Assembly (NCBI GenBank): GCA_029261035.1
Contig: JAJDCD010000008.1
Span: forward strand, 364,480-428,479
Direction of reading: 5' to 3'
Source: Candidatus Omnitrophota bacterium
GTDB taxonomy: Bacteria; Omnitrophota; Omnitrophia; Omnitrophales; JACROU01
Length of the DNA stretch: 64,000 bases
Shown: piece after piece, positions 38,241 through 47,446 of the stretch
How positions within the stretch are numbered: position 1 is the stretch's first letter
How the letters are laid out: each line of letters begins with the position of its first letter
The notes under the pieces: model-generated
What the model saw: only the letters and a program-made list of their open reading frames with translations
Told to the model about the DNA's origin: nothing
Databases searched by the model: none
Translations under genes and position numbers: made by a program

Positions 38241-41200
38241 TTAAAATTCAATTCTTTCCTCTTTCACAAACCATCCGTAAAACGCGGGTATCGCAAAAAG
38301 CGTTAAAAATGTTGACGAGACAAGTCCACCAATCACAACTATAGCTAAAGGTCTTTGAACCTCAGAGCCCGTCCCCGTTGAAAAGACAAGCGGAAGAAGC
38401 CCCAAACCTGTCGTAATGGCGGTCATTAAAACAGGCCGTAACCTATCTTGTGCGGCTTGCGTGCAAGCCTTAATCATTTCCATACCTTCTAGCCGCAATT
38501 GTGTAATGCGTGAGACTAAGACGAGTCCATTCCCCACAGCAATTCCAAACAACGCAATAAAGCCAACCGAGGAAGGCACAGACAGGTTGAGTCCCGTGAT
38601 AAACAATCCGATAAGGCCACCCACTAAGGCGAGGGGAATATTCAGCACAATTAAAAATGCTTTCGGGAGAGAATTAAATGTTGAGTATAAAAGCAATATA
38701 ACGAGACCAATCGTTATCGGGACAACAACCGAGAGTCTTTTGTTTGCTTTCTGCTGCAACTCAAAATCTCCGCCCCACTCCATGAGATATCCCGTAGGGA
38801 AAGTGACATTTTTCTTGATGACTTTTTGGCCTTCTTCAACAAAACCACCAATGTCACGACCTCTCACGTTGACTTGAACCACGATAAATCGTTGGTTGTT
38901 CTCTCGCGTAATCTGACGAGGGCCAACAACCTCTGTGATATTAGCAACCTGGCCTAGAGGTACATGCGCACCGCTAGGTGTTGCTAACAAAAGGCCTTCT
39001 ATGGCCTCCCTTGAAGATCTTGCTTCTTCTCGGTATCTCACGTAAATATCAAAGCGCTTAACGCCTTCAAACACCTGCCCGGCTTCTTCACCACCAACTG
39101 CTGCGCGAATGGTTTCTTGGACTTCCTGCATCGTTAATCCGTACTGTGCAATTCTGTTTGGATCAGGTGTAATCACAAGTTGAGGTGTTCCTGTAACTTG
39201 ATCTGCCTGCACGTCTTGCGCCCCACGAATTTCTTTAACAGCTGTCACAACTTCATCTGCAAGTCGCTTCAACTCAGAGATATTATCCCCATAAATTTTT
39301 ATTGCTAAATCAGCTCGAATTCCTTCAAGCATTTCATCAATCGTCATAGCAATAGGTTGCGTGAAACTCAAATTTACGCCAGGAAACTTCGACAACTTTT
39401 CACTCATGACCTGAAAAAGATCTTCTTGGTTCTTAGCGGTCTTCCACTCTTTTTTAGGTTTTAAGTTCACATACATTTCGGCACTATTAATAGGATCAGC
39501 ATGAGCGCCAACTTCGCCTCTTCCAACACGGCTCACGACTCGCGTGACTTCAGGGAACTTAAGGAGTTGCTTCTCAAGTAAGAAAGCTGTTTCTTTTGAT
39601 TCATTAAGAGAGATGGAAGGTGCCATCGTAGCTCTCACAACAAGTGTCCCTTCTTGCAATTCAGGTGTGAACTCTTTACCCAAAAAGGGAAAGACCACGA
39701 CTCCTAAAGCTGCAATGATCAGCGTGATGCAAAGCGTCATTTTCCGGTGTCCGACAAAATGCTTTAGAGGGGCTGCATAAACACCCTGCAATTTGTCAAT
39801 CATCTTCTCGCCGAATGATTTTTTTTGATGACCCTTCTGAGGTTGTTTCAAAATCATAGCGCTCAATGCCGGAACAAATGCAAGTGCATAGAGTAATGAA
39901 CCAAACATCGCCATCATGATGGTGATCGCGAGTGGCCGAAACGTCTTCCCTTCAACTCCTTGCAATGAAAGAAGCGGAAGAAACACAATTACGACGATTA
40001 ACACTGCAAACATAACCGGACGCCCCATCTCACGACAAGCGTCTGCGACTATTTTTATCTTTGAGTGTTTCTCAGCGCCCTCAGCGCTAAAATGACGATC
40101 ACAATTTTCAATCATAACAATGGACGCATCAACCATCATGCCAATTGCAATGGCAAGTCCACCAAGTGACATTAAGTTGGCCGATATGTTGTAATATTTC
40201 ATTAATATAAAAGTGAGAAGGACACTAAAAGCAATCGAACCCGCAACAATAAGCGAGCCTCTAACACCTCCGAGAAATAAGAACAAGACAAGAGCAACAA
40301 GAAATACGCCTTGAATAAGTGCGTTTGTTACCGTTTTGACACAGGCTTCAACCAAAGTTTTTTGGTCATAATAAGGAATGATTTTGACTCCCTCTGGCAA
40401 AGCCTCATTGATCTTCGCAAGTTTCTCTTCTACGCTCTTGATCACTGTAGAGGTATTGGTCCCAAATAATTTAATCACCATTCCAGCAACAACTTCCTCA
40501 GTTCCATTCAAAGTTTGAAGCCCACGCCGAATGGCTCCACCGATTTTGACATCAGCTACTTGCTTAAGGTAAATGCGGTTGTTGTCATTTAAGGCTTTGA
40601 CGACTATGTTTTCGAGATACTCCGCGTTTTTAATGAGCCCGATGGAACGAATAACATATTCTTCTTCTCCCTTTTCAATAAACTGAGCACCTACATTCAG
40701 GTTGTTCGCTTTAATCGCCTCAATGATTTCATGAAGCGTTAAGTCGTAGGCTAGTAGCTTCTCAGGATGAATAATCACTTGATACTGCCGCTCGTCCCCA
40801 CCAATCCCCAACACTTCGGTGACACCCGTGACGGTCTGCAAATTAAATTTAATCAGCCAGTCCTGGATCGTCCTCATTTCCTCGGGTGTTCGTGTTCCCG
40901 TTTCATCCTGGAGGTAATAAAACAAAATCAATCCTAAGCCTGTGGAGATAGGGCCAAGCTCAGGTTCTCCCATACCCTCGGGGATACTGTCGCGCGCCTC
41001 ACCAATTCTTTCTGATACAAGCTGCCTTGCCCAATAGATATCCGTACCGTCTTTAAAGTAAATATTGACTACCGAAAGACCAAAATTTGAGACAGAGCGA
41101 ATCTTCTCAACCGCTGGTAATCCGTTCATGGCGGTTTCAATCGGATAGGTCACCAACTGTTCAACTTCTTCCGGAGCAAGTCCTTCAGTTGTTGTGAACA

Positions 41201-41345
41201 CTTGAACAAGCGAAGGTGTCACGTCTGGAAAAGCATCAATGGGAAGTTTGTCGTAGGAATATTTTCCAAAAACACATATCACAATAAATGCAATAACGAT
41301 AAGAAGCCTATTTTTTAAAGAAAAATCTATAATTCGATCCGTCAT
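38241..41345 (-). CDS. czcA: heavy-metal efflux RND pump, CzcA/CusA family (1034 aa)
   Basis: Canonical HME-RND length and TM blocks. Confidence 0.9.
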   Translation of the reverse strand: MTDRIIDFSLKNRLLIVIAFIVICVFGKYSYDKLPIDAFPDVTPSLVQVFTTTEGLAPEEVEQLVTYPIETAMNGLPAVEKIRSVSNFGLSVVNIYFKDGTDIYWARQLVSERIGEARDSIPEGMGEPELGPISTGLGLILFYYLQDETGTRTPEEMRTIQDWLIKFNLQTVTGVTEVLGIGGDERQYQVIIHPEKLLAYDLTLHEIIEAIKANNLNVGAQFIEKGEEEYVIRSIGLIKNAEYLENIVVKALNDNNRIYLKQVADVKIGGAIRRGLQTLNGTEEVVAGMVIKLFGTNTSTVIKSVEEKLAKINEALPEGVKIIPYYDQKTLVEACVKTVTNALIQGVFLVALVLFLFLGGVRGSLIVAGSIAFSVLLTFILMKYYNISANLMSLGGLAIAIGMMVDASIVMIENCDRHFSAEGAEKHSKIKIVADACREMGRPVMFAVLIVVIVFLPLLSLQGVEGKTFRPLAITIMMAMFGSLLYALAFVPALSAMILKQPQKGHQKKSFGEKMIDKLQGVYAAPLKHFVGHRKMTLCITLIIAALGVVVFPFLGKEFTPELQEGTLVVRATMAPSISLNESKETAFLLEKQLLKFPEVTRVVSRVGRGEVGAHADPINSAEMYVNLKPKKEWKTAKNQEDLFQVMSEKLSKFPGVNLSFTQPIAMTIDEMLEGIRADLAIKIYGDNISELKRLADEVVTAVKEIRGAQDVQADQVTGTPQLVITPDPNRIAQYGLTMQEVQETIRAAVGGEEAGQVFEGVKRFDIYVRYREEARSSREAIEGLLLATPSGAHVPLGQVANITEVVGPRQITRENNQRFIVVQVNVRGRDIGGFVEEGQKVIKKNVTFPTGYLMEWGGDFELQQKANKRLSVVVPITIGLVILLLYSTFNSLPKAFLIVLNIPLALVGGLIGLFITGLNLSVPSSVGFIALFGIAVGNGLVLVSRITQLRLEGMEMIKACTQAAQDRLRPVLMTAITTGLGLLPLVFSTGTGSEVQRPLAIVVIGGLVSSTFLTLFAIPAFYGWFVKEERIEF

Positions 41346-41382
41346 ACGTTATCTCCTTTTTCTCAAGTCTTTATGAATAAAT

Positions 41383-42372
41383 TTAATGACCGTGGCCATC
41401 GCCAAACGATGCCTTCTCTCGCTCTGACTTGAGATTAAAACTCCCATGCACAACAACGTGTTCTCCTTCACTCAGGCCCGATTTGACTTCAACTGCGTCA
41501 CCAACGGCATGCCCGAGCACAACCTCTCTGATTTCGATTTCATCCTTTTCTTGAGGAACAAAAACAACATTTTCGTTATTAACTAATTGGATCGCTGATT
41601 TCGGCACAATAAGACTTTCCCGATCTGTGTGATAAATCAGTGCCCCAGAAATCGACATCCCGAGTTTTAAGAGATGCTCCGAGTTATCCACATCCACGCG
41701 AACCTTAATGGATTTTGATTCGTCATCAATTTCAGGTGAAATGAAAACAACTTTTCCATGAAATAGAGTCTCGGGATAAGCAATAGACATCACTTCGACT
41801 TGCTGACCAATTTTTACAAATCTCAAGTCTCTCTCATAGATATCAATAGTGGCTCGCAAAGTATCCAGATTTACAATGCTCACCAGGGATTTTAAGCGGT
41901 CAACTTTATCGCCTTTCTTAACATAGATTGAAATGATTGTGCCATGCTCAGCTGACTTAATACTTTCAGTAACTCCATCTGGTTGCCTAATGGTTAAAAG
42001 ATCAGACCCCTCGTCAACGATATCTCCCAGGGCAATATGAACGGTTTCAACAACTCCTCCATTTGCATAAGTAATATGTGAATACTGCTCCGTGTCCTTC
42101 GCAACTTTTCCATAGACTTTCAAACGGTCCCCGAAGGTTTTCTTTTGCACTTTGATTGTCTGAAGGCCAATCATCTCGCGTGCTTCTGCATCAAGCTCCA
42201 TACTATTTTCTTCATGATGTTCACCTTCTTCTCCGTGATCATCATGCTTTTGCTCACTGACCTCCTCACGCTTCGAGTGATCGTGATCATGTTCCTCTTC
42301 TGCGAATCCAAGACCAGAAGCTGACAACATCACTAAAACTGAAAACAATAAAACCAAATAACGCTTATCCAT
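41383..42372 (-). CDS. czcB: RND periplasmic adaptor with His-rich N-terminus
   Basis: Start set at MDKRY (GAAGGAGA SD). EEHDHDHSK...HDDHGEEGEHH stretch. Confidence 0.75.
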   Translation of the reverse strand: MDKRYLVLLFSVLVMLSASGLGFAEEEHDHDHSKREEVSEQKHDDHGEEGEHHEENSMELDAEAREMIGLQTIKVQKKTFGDRLKVYGKVAKDTEQYSHITYANGGVVETVHIALGDIVDEGSDLLTIRQPDGVTESIKSAEHGTIISIYVKKGDKVDRLKSLVSIVNLDTLRATIDIYERDLRFVKIGQQVEVMSIAYPETLFHGKVVFISPEIDDESKSIKVRVDVDNSEHLLKLGMSISGALIYHTDRESLIVPKSAIQLVNNENVVFVPQEKDEIEIREVVLGHAVGDAVEVKSGLSEGEHVVVHGSFNLKSEREKASFGDGHGH

Positions 42373-43648
42373 TTTTTTCTCCTTCGCCTTGTCCCTCGTG
42401 AGGAATAGGGGTAGATTGAATAGCTCTTTCAAGCGCAGCCACTCTTGTCATGTAATTTCTTAAAGCCTCGAGGTAAGCAACTCTTGTTTGCTTAATCGTT
42501 TTCATACTGTCTAAGTAGGAGATGAATGTCATCTGACCCTCTTGATACTGCGTTGTAATTTGTCTTAATAGCTCGTTGGATTCCTCAAGCGTTTTTTGTT
42601 GAATCTGGACTTGCTTATCACCGAGCTCTGCTTCGAGAAACGCTGTATAGACATCAAGACCGACTTCATTTTTAAAAGCTTCCAACTTTATCTCTTGAAT
42701 TTTCTTTTCAGCTTTCGCCTCTTTCACTTCACCGAGATTAAAACCCCAAAGCGGATAAGACGCCTCGATCAGGAGAGCTGTATCATTTTCGTATTCCACT
42801 GTTGTTCGCTCAACGCCAACCGCCATCTCAGGCAAAAACACTTTTAAAAGTGCTCGCCACAATCCTTTCTTCTTGGTACGAAGTTTAATCTCTTCCTGCT
42901 TCAAATCTGCACGTTGTAGGAGAGCATCTGCTTTAATCAATGCGTATTTATAATTCAACGCTTCATAACTTAACTCATCAGAAAGAACAAACGCCTCTTC
43001 AGCAACACGACCCAATGCTAGGTTGAATTCTCCTTGTGATACTTTCAGGTCTTTCTCTGCGATCAATAAGTTATTTTCAGCACTCGAGAGCTCGATACGC
43101 GCTCTTATAACATCGCTTTTAAGCCCCTTACCCGATTGATATCTTGTTTCAACTTTGGTAAAGAAATTCCTCGTCACATTCAAATTATCTTCAGCGACCT
43201 CCAAGGCCTGTTCTTGCGCAAGAATCGTAGAATAGAGCTCAATAATGTTTTCACGCACTTCAGCCCATGCAAGTTCAATATCTTTTTTAGCAATTCGAAC
43301 TCCATCTTTCGCCATGCTTGCGCCTAAGAATCTGGTTCCCAAAGCATCAAGCGGCTGTTTAATTGAGAAAGAATCGACGGAGCCCTTCCTTGAGCCTTCT
43401 GATTTTTTAAGCCCACCAACCTCAAACCCAACTTCAGGATTTGGTAGAGCTTCGCTTTGAATCCATCTTCCTTTGGAAGCCTTCACTTCTTCACGGGCCA
43501 CAATCATTCGGGGGTTATTCTGGTAAGCTAACCTTAAGGCTCCCTCCAATGAGACAGAGGACGCCCCAGCACTTTCAGCTCTTGCAATGAAAGCATTTGA
43601 ACAAATACAGATAAATAGAAACAAATATATATTTAATTTTCTTGCCAT
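42365..43648 (-). CDS. czcC: TolC-family outer-membrane efflux protein
   Basis: Signal peptide and TolC repeats. Confidence 0.8.
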   Translation of the reverse strand: MARKLNIYLFLFICICSNAFIARAESAGASSVSLEGALRLAYQNNPRMIVAREEVKASKGRWIQSEALPNPEVGFEVGGLKKSEGSRKGSVDSFSIKQPLDALGTRFLGASMAKDGVRIAKKDIELAWAEVRENIIELYSTILAQEQALEVAEDNLNVTRNFFTKVETRYQSGKGLKSDVIRARIELSSAENNLLIAEKDLKVSQGEFNLALGRVAEEAFVLSDELSYEALNYKYALIKADALLQRADLKQEEIKLRTKKKGLWRALLKVFLPEMAVGVERTTVEYENDTALLIEASYPLWGFNLGEVKEAKAEKKIQEIKLEAFKNEVGLDVYTAFLEAELGDKQVQIQQKTLEESNELLRQITTQYQEGQMTFISYLDSMKTIKQTRVAYLEALRNYMTRVAALERAIQSTPIPHEGQGEGEKNG

Positions 43649-43704
43649 GATAAATATCCAATAGTTTAAGAGGTTAAGGTTTTGGACAGACTACGAGCGT
43701 GAGC

Positions 43705-44016
43705 TCAGGCAAGAAGGAGAGGTGGGCGGAAAATCGATCCAAGAGGTGGATCGGGACTCTCTGAGAGAGAGTGGATAACAGATCCTAAAGATGGAAGCGA
43801 TTGACCTACGTCCATTGACGTGGAACCGACATTCCAAAGATGATGAGAAGAACAGCAAATGAAATCACAGTGGGCACCACCCTCTTTAGCTACATCAGAA
43901 GAGTTGCAGCCATCCATCTGAGCTAAAGCAGGTTCAATAGCAACGCAATTGACAATCCCAAAAAGGGCGACCAAAGCAATAAGAGTGATGGGTAGTCGTT
44001 TCATTTTAATCATCAT
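43705..44016 (-). CDS. small secreted Cys-rich protein (CzcI-like candidate)
   Basis: Signal peptide; DGCNSS...HCDFICCSSHH; immediately upstream of czcC. Confidence 0.4.
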   Translation of the reverse strand: MMIKMKRLPITLIALVALFGIVNCVAIEPALAQMDGCNSSDVAKEGGAHCDFICCSSHHLWNVGSTSMDVGQSLPSLGSVIHSLSESPDPPLGSIFRPPLLLA

Positions 44017-44229
44017 TCAGAAGTTTATCATTCAGATACAAGAGTGTCAATTAATTACCCTTGTCAATTACCCTGTTTCAAAGGGCATTTAACTGTGCCA
44101 TAAGAGCAAAAGACACAACACTCACCTGGCGCCGTTTTTAAACATCACCCTATATTGCGTACAAGTATAAAAATACCGATTCATTGAGAGGCGCCAGCAC
44201 CCTTTTATGCAACTTTGTTCACCATTCAA

Positions 44230-44685
44230 TTAAGATTCAAAGGGTGAAAGGTCTCCGGGCTTTCTGAGCATTTTATTGACTTCATCTTGATGAAGCTCTT
44301 CAGCATAAATCATTTCGCGCGCATATTCTTCAAGCGTAATGGACTTTCCTTGAACCAATTCAAGAAGCTTATAGTAACTCTCTACGGATAACTTCTCATG
44401 CTCAAGGCTTTCCCTCAAAATATCTCCGATATCATGTTTTTCCGTTTCGAGGAGCTTCCCGATTTTAAGCGAGGGGTGTCCTCCCATCATCGTCGCTAAT
44501 TCGCCCGCCTTATGCGCGTGCGCCAGTCCTTCACTTGCAACCCCTTTGAGCCAACTCACGATAGGAATGCGGTTGTATCCGTACACCATCAAAGAATAAT
44601 GCGTGTATCGAACCACGCCCGCTAATTCAAGTTCCATGATTTCATTCAGGATTTCAATCGCTTTTTTCTTCTCTTCATTGTTCAT
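44230..44685 (-). CDS. bacterioferritin/ferritin-like protein
   Basis: ELAGVVRY...SEGLAHAHKAGE...EHEKLSVESY four-helix ferritin-like pattern. Confidence 0.6.
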   Translation of the reverse strand: MNNEEKKKAIEILNEIMELELAGVVRYTHYSLMVYGYNRIPIVSWLKGVASEGLAHAHKAGELATMMGGHPSLKIGKLLETEKHDIGDILRESLEHEKLSVESYYKLLELVQGKSITLEEYAREMIYAEELHQDEVNKMLRKPGDLSPFES

Positions 44686-44735
44686 ATATTATCTGTCTCC
44701 CCTAGCTTATCGATAACAATCTTTTCAATATGGCA

Positions 44736-45575
44736 TCAGGCAGCTTGAACCTTTAACTCGACAGCGTTACTTCTCTTTCGGAGAAAAAACGGCATAGCTG
44801 CAAGATACCCAAAATAAAAAAGCACCTCCGTTAACGAAGGGTTCCCATTATAACCGAAAAGAGCTTTAAGAAAAGAACCTAGGCCCTCCTTCTCATTAAG
44901 AATGTGGTTGATATTCCAGACAGGGTAAACAACCTGCGGGATAATCCCCACTTCCTCAAGTTCGTGAATCCCGTAAGCTAGCAACCCTGCTGAAACCAAA
45001 AGAAGGAAAAATCCTGTTGAGCTGAACAGTGCCCGCAAAGGAATTTTTTTTCCAAGAGAAAACAAAGCTACGGTCACGACTGCGGCCGCTGTGAATCCCG
45101 AAGCACCTCCCCAAAAAGAGACGGCGCCCGAACCTTGATTTGCAATCGCACTCAAAAACAAAACCGTTTCGGCTCCTTCCCGAAAAATAGCAAGAAATGG
45201 CAGTGCCATTAACGTCAATAATTCACCTTGCGTAACCGCCGCTTCTACTTTCATTTCAATTTCAGGGCGAATTCGCTTCGCCTGACGATCCATCCAAAAA
45301 ATCATATAGGTTAAGACTCCGCAAGCCGCAAGAGAAATCACGCCTTCAATGATTTTTTCCACGGCGCCCTGAGCGGAACTGAGAATATTAAGAATAAGGA
45401 GGCCCGCAGCAATACTTGTAAGAACTCCTGCCAAACTACTCATGAGTATATGCGGGATATAACGCTTCTGTCCCAATCTAAAGAGGACTGTCAAAATAAT
45501 TCCGAGAATCAAACCAGCTTCCAGAGATTCACGAAAAACAACTAAAAACGTAGCTAATATCGATCCTTCATTCAT
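44736..45575 (-). CDS. FTR1-family iron permease
   Basis: Two RExxE motifs (FRESLEAG, FREGAETV). Confidence 0.7.
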   Translation of the reverse strand: MNEGSILATFLVVFRESLEAGLILGIILTVLFRLGQKRYIPHILMSSLAGVLTSIAAGLLILNILSSAQGAVEKIIEGVISLAACGVLTYMIFWMDRQAKRIRPEIEMKVEAAVTQGELLTLMALPFLAIFREGAETVLFLSAIANQGSGAVSFWGGASGFTAAAVVTVALFSLGKKIPLRALFSSTGFFLLLVSAGLLAYGIHELEEVGIIPQVVYPVWNINHILNEKEGLGSFLKALFGYNGNPSLTEVLFYFGYLAAMPFFLRKRSNAVELKVQAA

Positions 45576-45601
45576 AATAATAATTATCCTTTTTCTATGG
45601 T

Positions 45602-46246
45602 TTATTGACGGCTTTCATTTTCGAGAACAAATCGAACCGGAATCTCAATCGTGCTCTTGACCGGCATTCCAGCAACATGAGCCGGCTTAAAATGCCAGTT
45701 TCTCACGGCACGCACCGCCGCTTGATCTAATATTTTTTGTCCGGAACTTATGCTAATTTTGACACTTTCAGCGCGACCTTCTGGAGACACGCGAACATTT
45801 AAGTGAACGGTGCCCTCCCATCCGCGAAGTCTGGCAAGATGCGGATATTGCGGAGCTTTATTTTTCTGGCCGTCAGGCACGGCTTTTGTCAAAGCCCCTT
45901 GAATAGGAGAACTTAACACCTGGGGCATAGGCTCTTCTTTTAGAGGTTTAGCTTCTTCAGTTTTCGGCTTCGGCTGGTCCTCGACAGATTCAATAACCTC
46001 CGGAGTCAAAACCGGGTTCTCCTTTTTAATATTCAAAACAGCTTCCTCTTTGACTTTTTCAGTCTTCGGAGGTGCCAGTTTTTCCTGAACCATAACGATC
46101 TCAACACTGTTAGGGGCACTCTTGACATTGTATTGCGGCGAAAGACTCCCCCAACCGTTTAAACCAAAAGTCAAGCCATGAAGGAGTAATGAACCCCCTA
46201 AAACTGGAATCAAAAAATTCTTTTCGTATGAAAATCGTACTTTCAC
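45602..46246 (-). CDS. tonB: TonB energy transducer
   Basis: Pro/Lys/Glu-rich spacer; C-terminal TonB domain. Confidence 0.7.
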   Translation of the reverse strand: MKVRFSYEKNFLIPVLGGSLLLHGLTFGLNGWGSLSPQYNVKSAPNSVEIVMVQEKLAPPKTEKVKEEAVLNIKKENPVLTPEVIESVEDQPKPKTEEAKPLKEEPMPQVLSSPIQGALTKAVPDGQKNKAPQYPHLARLRGWEGTVHLNVRVSPEGRAESVKISISSGQKILDQAAVRAVRNWHFKPAHVAGMPVKSTIEIPVRFVLENESRQ

Positions 46247-46261
46247 TCCCAGACTCCTGAG

Positions 46262-46669
46262 TTATTCATCAGCCGCCTCATGCACGATATGAATCCGTGA
46301 TGCCCCTGCAAGGCGAAGTTGATTCATCACACTGACAAAAACACTATAGGGCATGTCTTTATCCCCCTTCACATGAACAGCAGGTTCATCCGGCGTTTTC
46401 TGCATAAGATTTTTTAAACTTGATTGCAAATTATCAAGATTAACCTGATTTCCATTTAAGGACAATTCGCCATCTTTTGCAGCGCTAACCACGATAGCTT
46501 CAGGAATCGTTTTATCGATGGTTGCCATAGCTTGCGGTAATTTAAGCTCCATACTCGGTTTTAAAAACGACGAACTTAACATAAAGAAAATAAGCAAAAG
46601 AAAAATGACATCAATCAAGGGTGCCATATCAAGTCCGATGGCTGATTTCCTGGGGCGCATAAATTCCAT
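46262..46669 (-). CDS. exbD: ExbD/TolR biopolymer transport protein
   Basis: APLIDVIFLLLIFFM. Confidence 0.8.
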   Translation of the reverse strand: MEFMRPRKSAIGLDMAPLIDVIFLLLIFFMLSSSFLKPSMELKLPQAMATIDKTIPEAIVVSAAKDGELSLNGNQVNLDNLQSSLKNLMQKTPDEPAVHVKGDKDMPYSVFVSVMNQLRLAGASRIHIVHEAADE

Positions 46670-47355
46670 CAGTGAACACCCTCTAGAACTTCTTCTTCAG
46701 GTTTGGCTGTTGGAGCGAGTTCTTCACCGCTTGTCCTTTTCTTGAAGAACTCATCAAGATCTGTGATAAACGTTTTCATCCGAAGACAAATATCATCAGC
46801 GAAGCTCTCAAAGACATGATGAAAGGCCATGCAGGGAATAGCTATCATCAAGCCGAAGACGGTCGTTAAAAGTGCTTCCCAAATACCACCGGCTAAATCC
46901 GATGGCTGGACACTTCCGCCTAAAAGCTCAATTTGATGAAAAGCACTGACCAGCCCCGTGACGGTACCGAGCAAACCGAGCAAAGGAGCAATATGGGTAA
47001 TCGCAGAGAGTATTCTGAAATTCTTTTCAACTTTTTTAAGGGCCAGGGAACCGTCTCTTTTAATGAGATCCGCCCTCAATTCATCGCATGAGATATTTTT
47101 GAGATAACTGGCAACTAAACGCGGCACAGGATGGGCAATTTTACGGCAATGCTTTTGCGCTTCGGTTACCTCTCCCCGTCTCAGCATTCCAAAGAGCTTT
47201 TCCCTAAACCGTTTTTCTGAAAACCGGATCCTGAAAAAATAAAGCGATCTTTCAAAAATAACGGCCGCCCCGACCACCGAACAAAACAACAAAGGCCACA
47301 TCACAAAACTACCGCGATTAAATATTTCGGTTAATGTTTGATCCCAAAGCATCAT
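46669..47355 (-). CDS. exbB: ExbB/TolQ/MotA proton-channel protein
   Basis: 3 TM segments; adjacent to exbD. Confidence 0.75.
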   Translation of the reverse strand: MMLWDQTLTEIFNRGSFVMWPLLFCSVVGAAVIFERSLYFFRIRFSEKRFREKLFGMLRRGEVTEAQKHCRKIAHPVPRLVASYLKNISCDELRADLIKRDGSLALKKVEKNFRILSAITHIAPLLGLLGTVTGLVSAFHQIELLGGSVQPSDLAGGIWEALLTTVFGLMIAIPCMAFHHVFESFADDICLRMKTFITDLDEFFKKRTSGEELAPTAKPEEEVLEGVH

Positions 47356-47446
47356 GATTGAACCACCTCACAGGCCAAGAAACGGAAACCTTGCGATTTT
47401 TCGATCCTTGGCATTATTATTTTAATAAATACATAACCAGCGTTCA

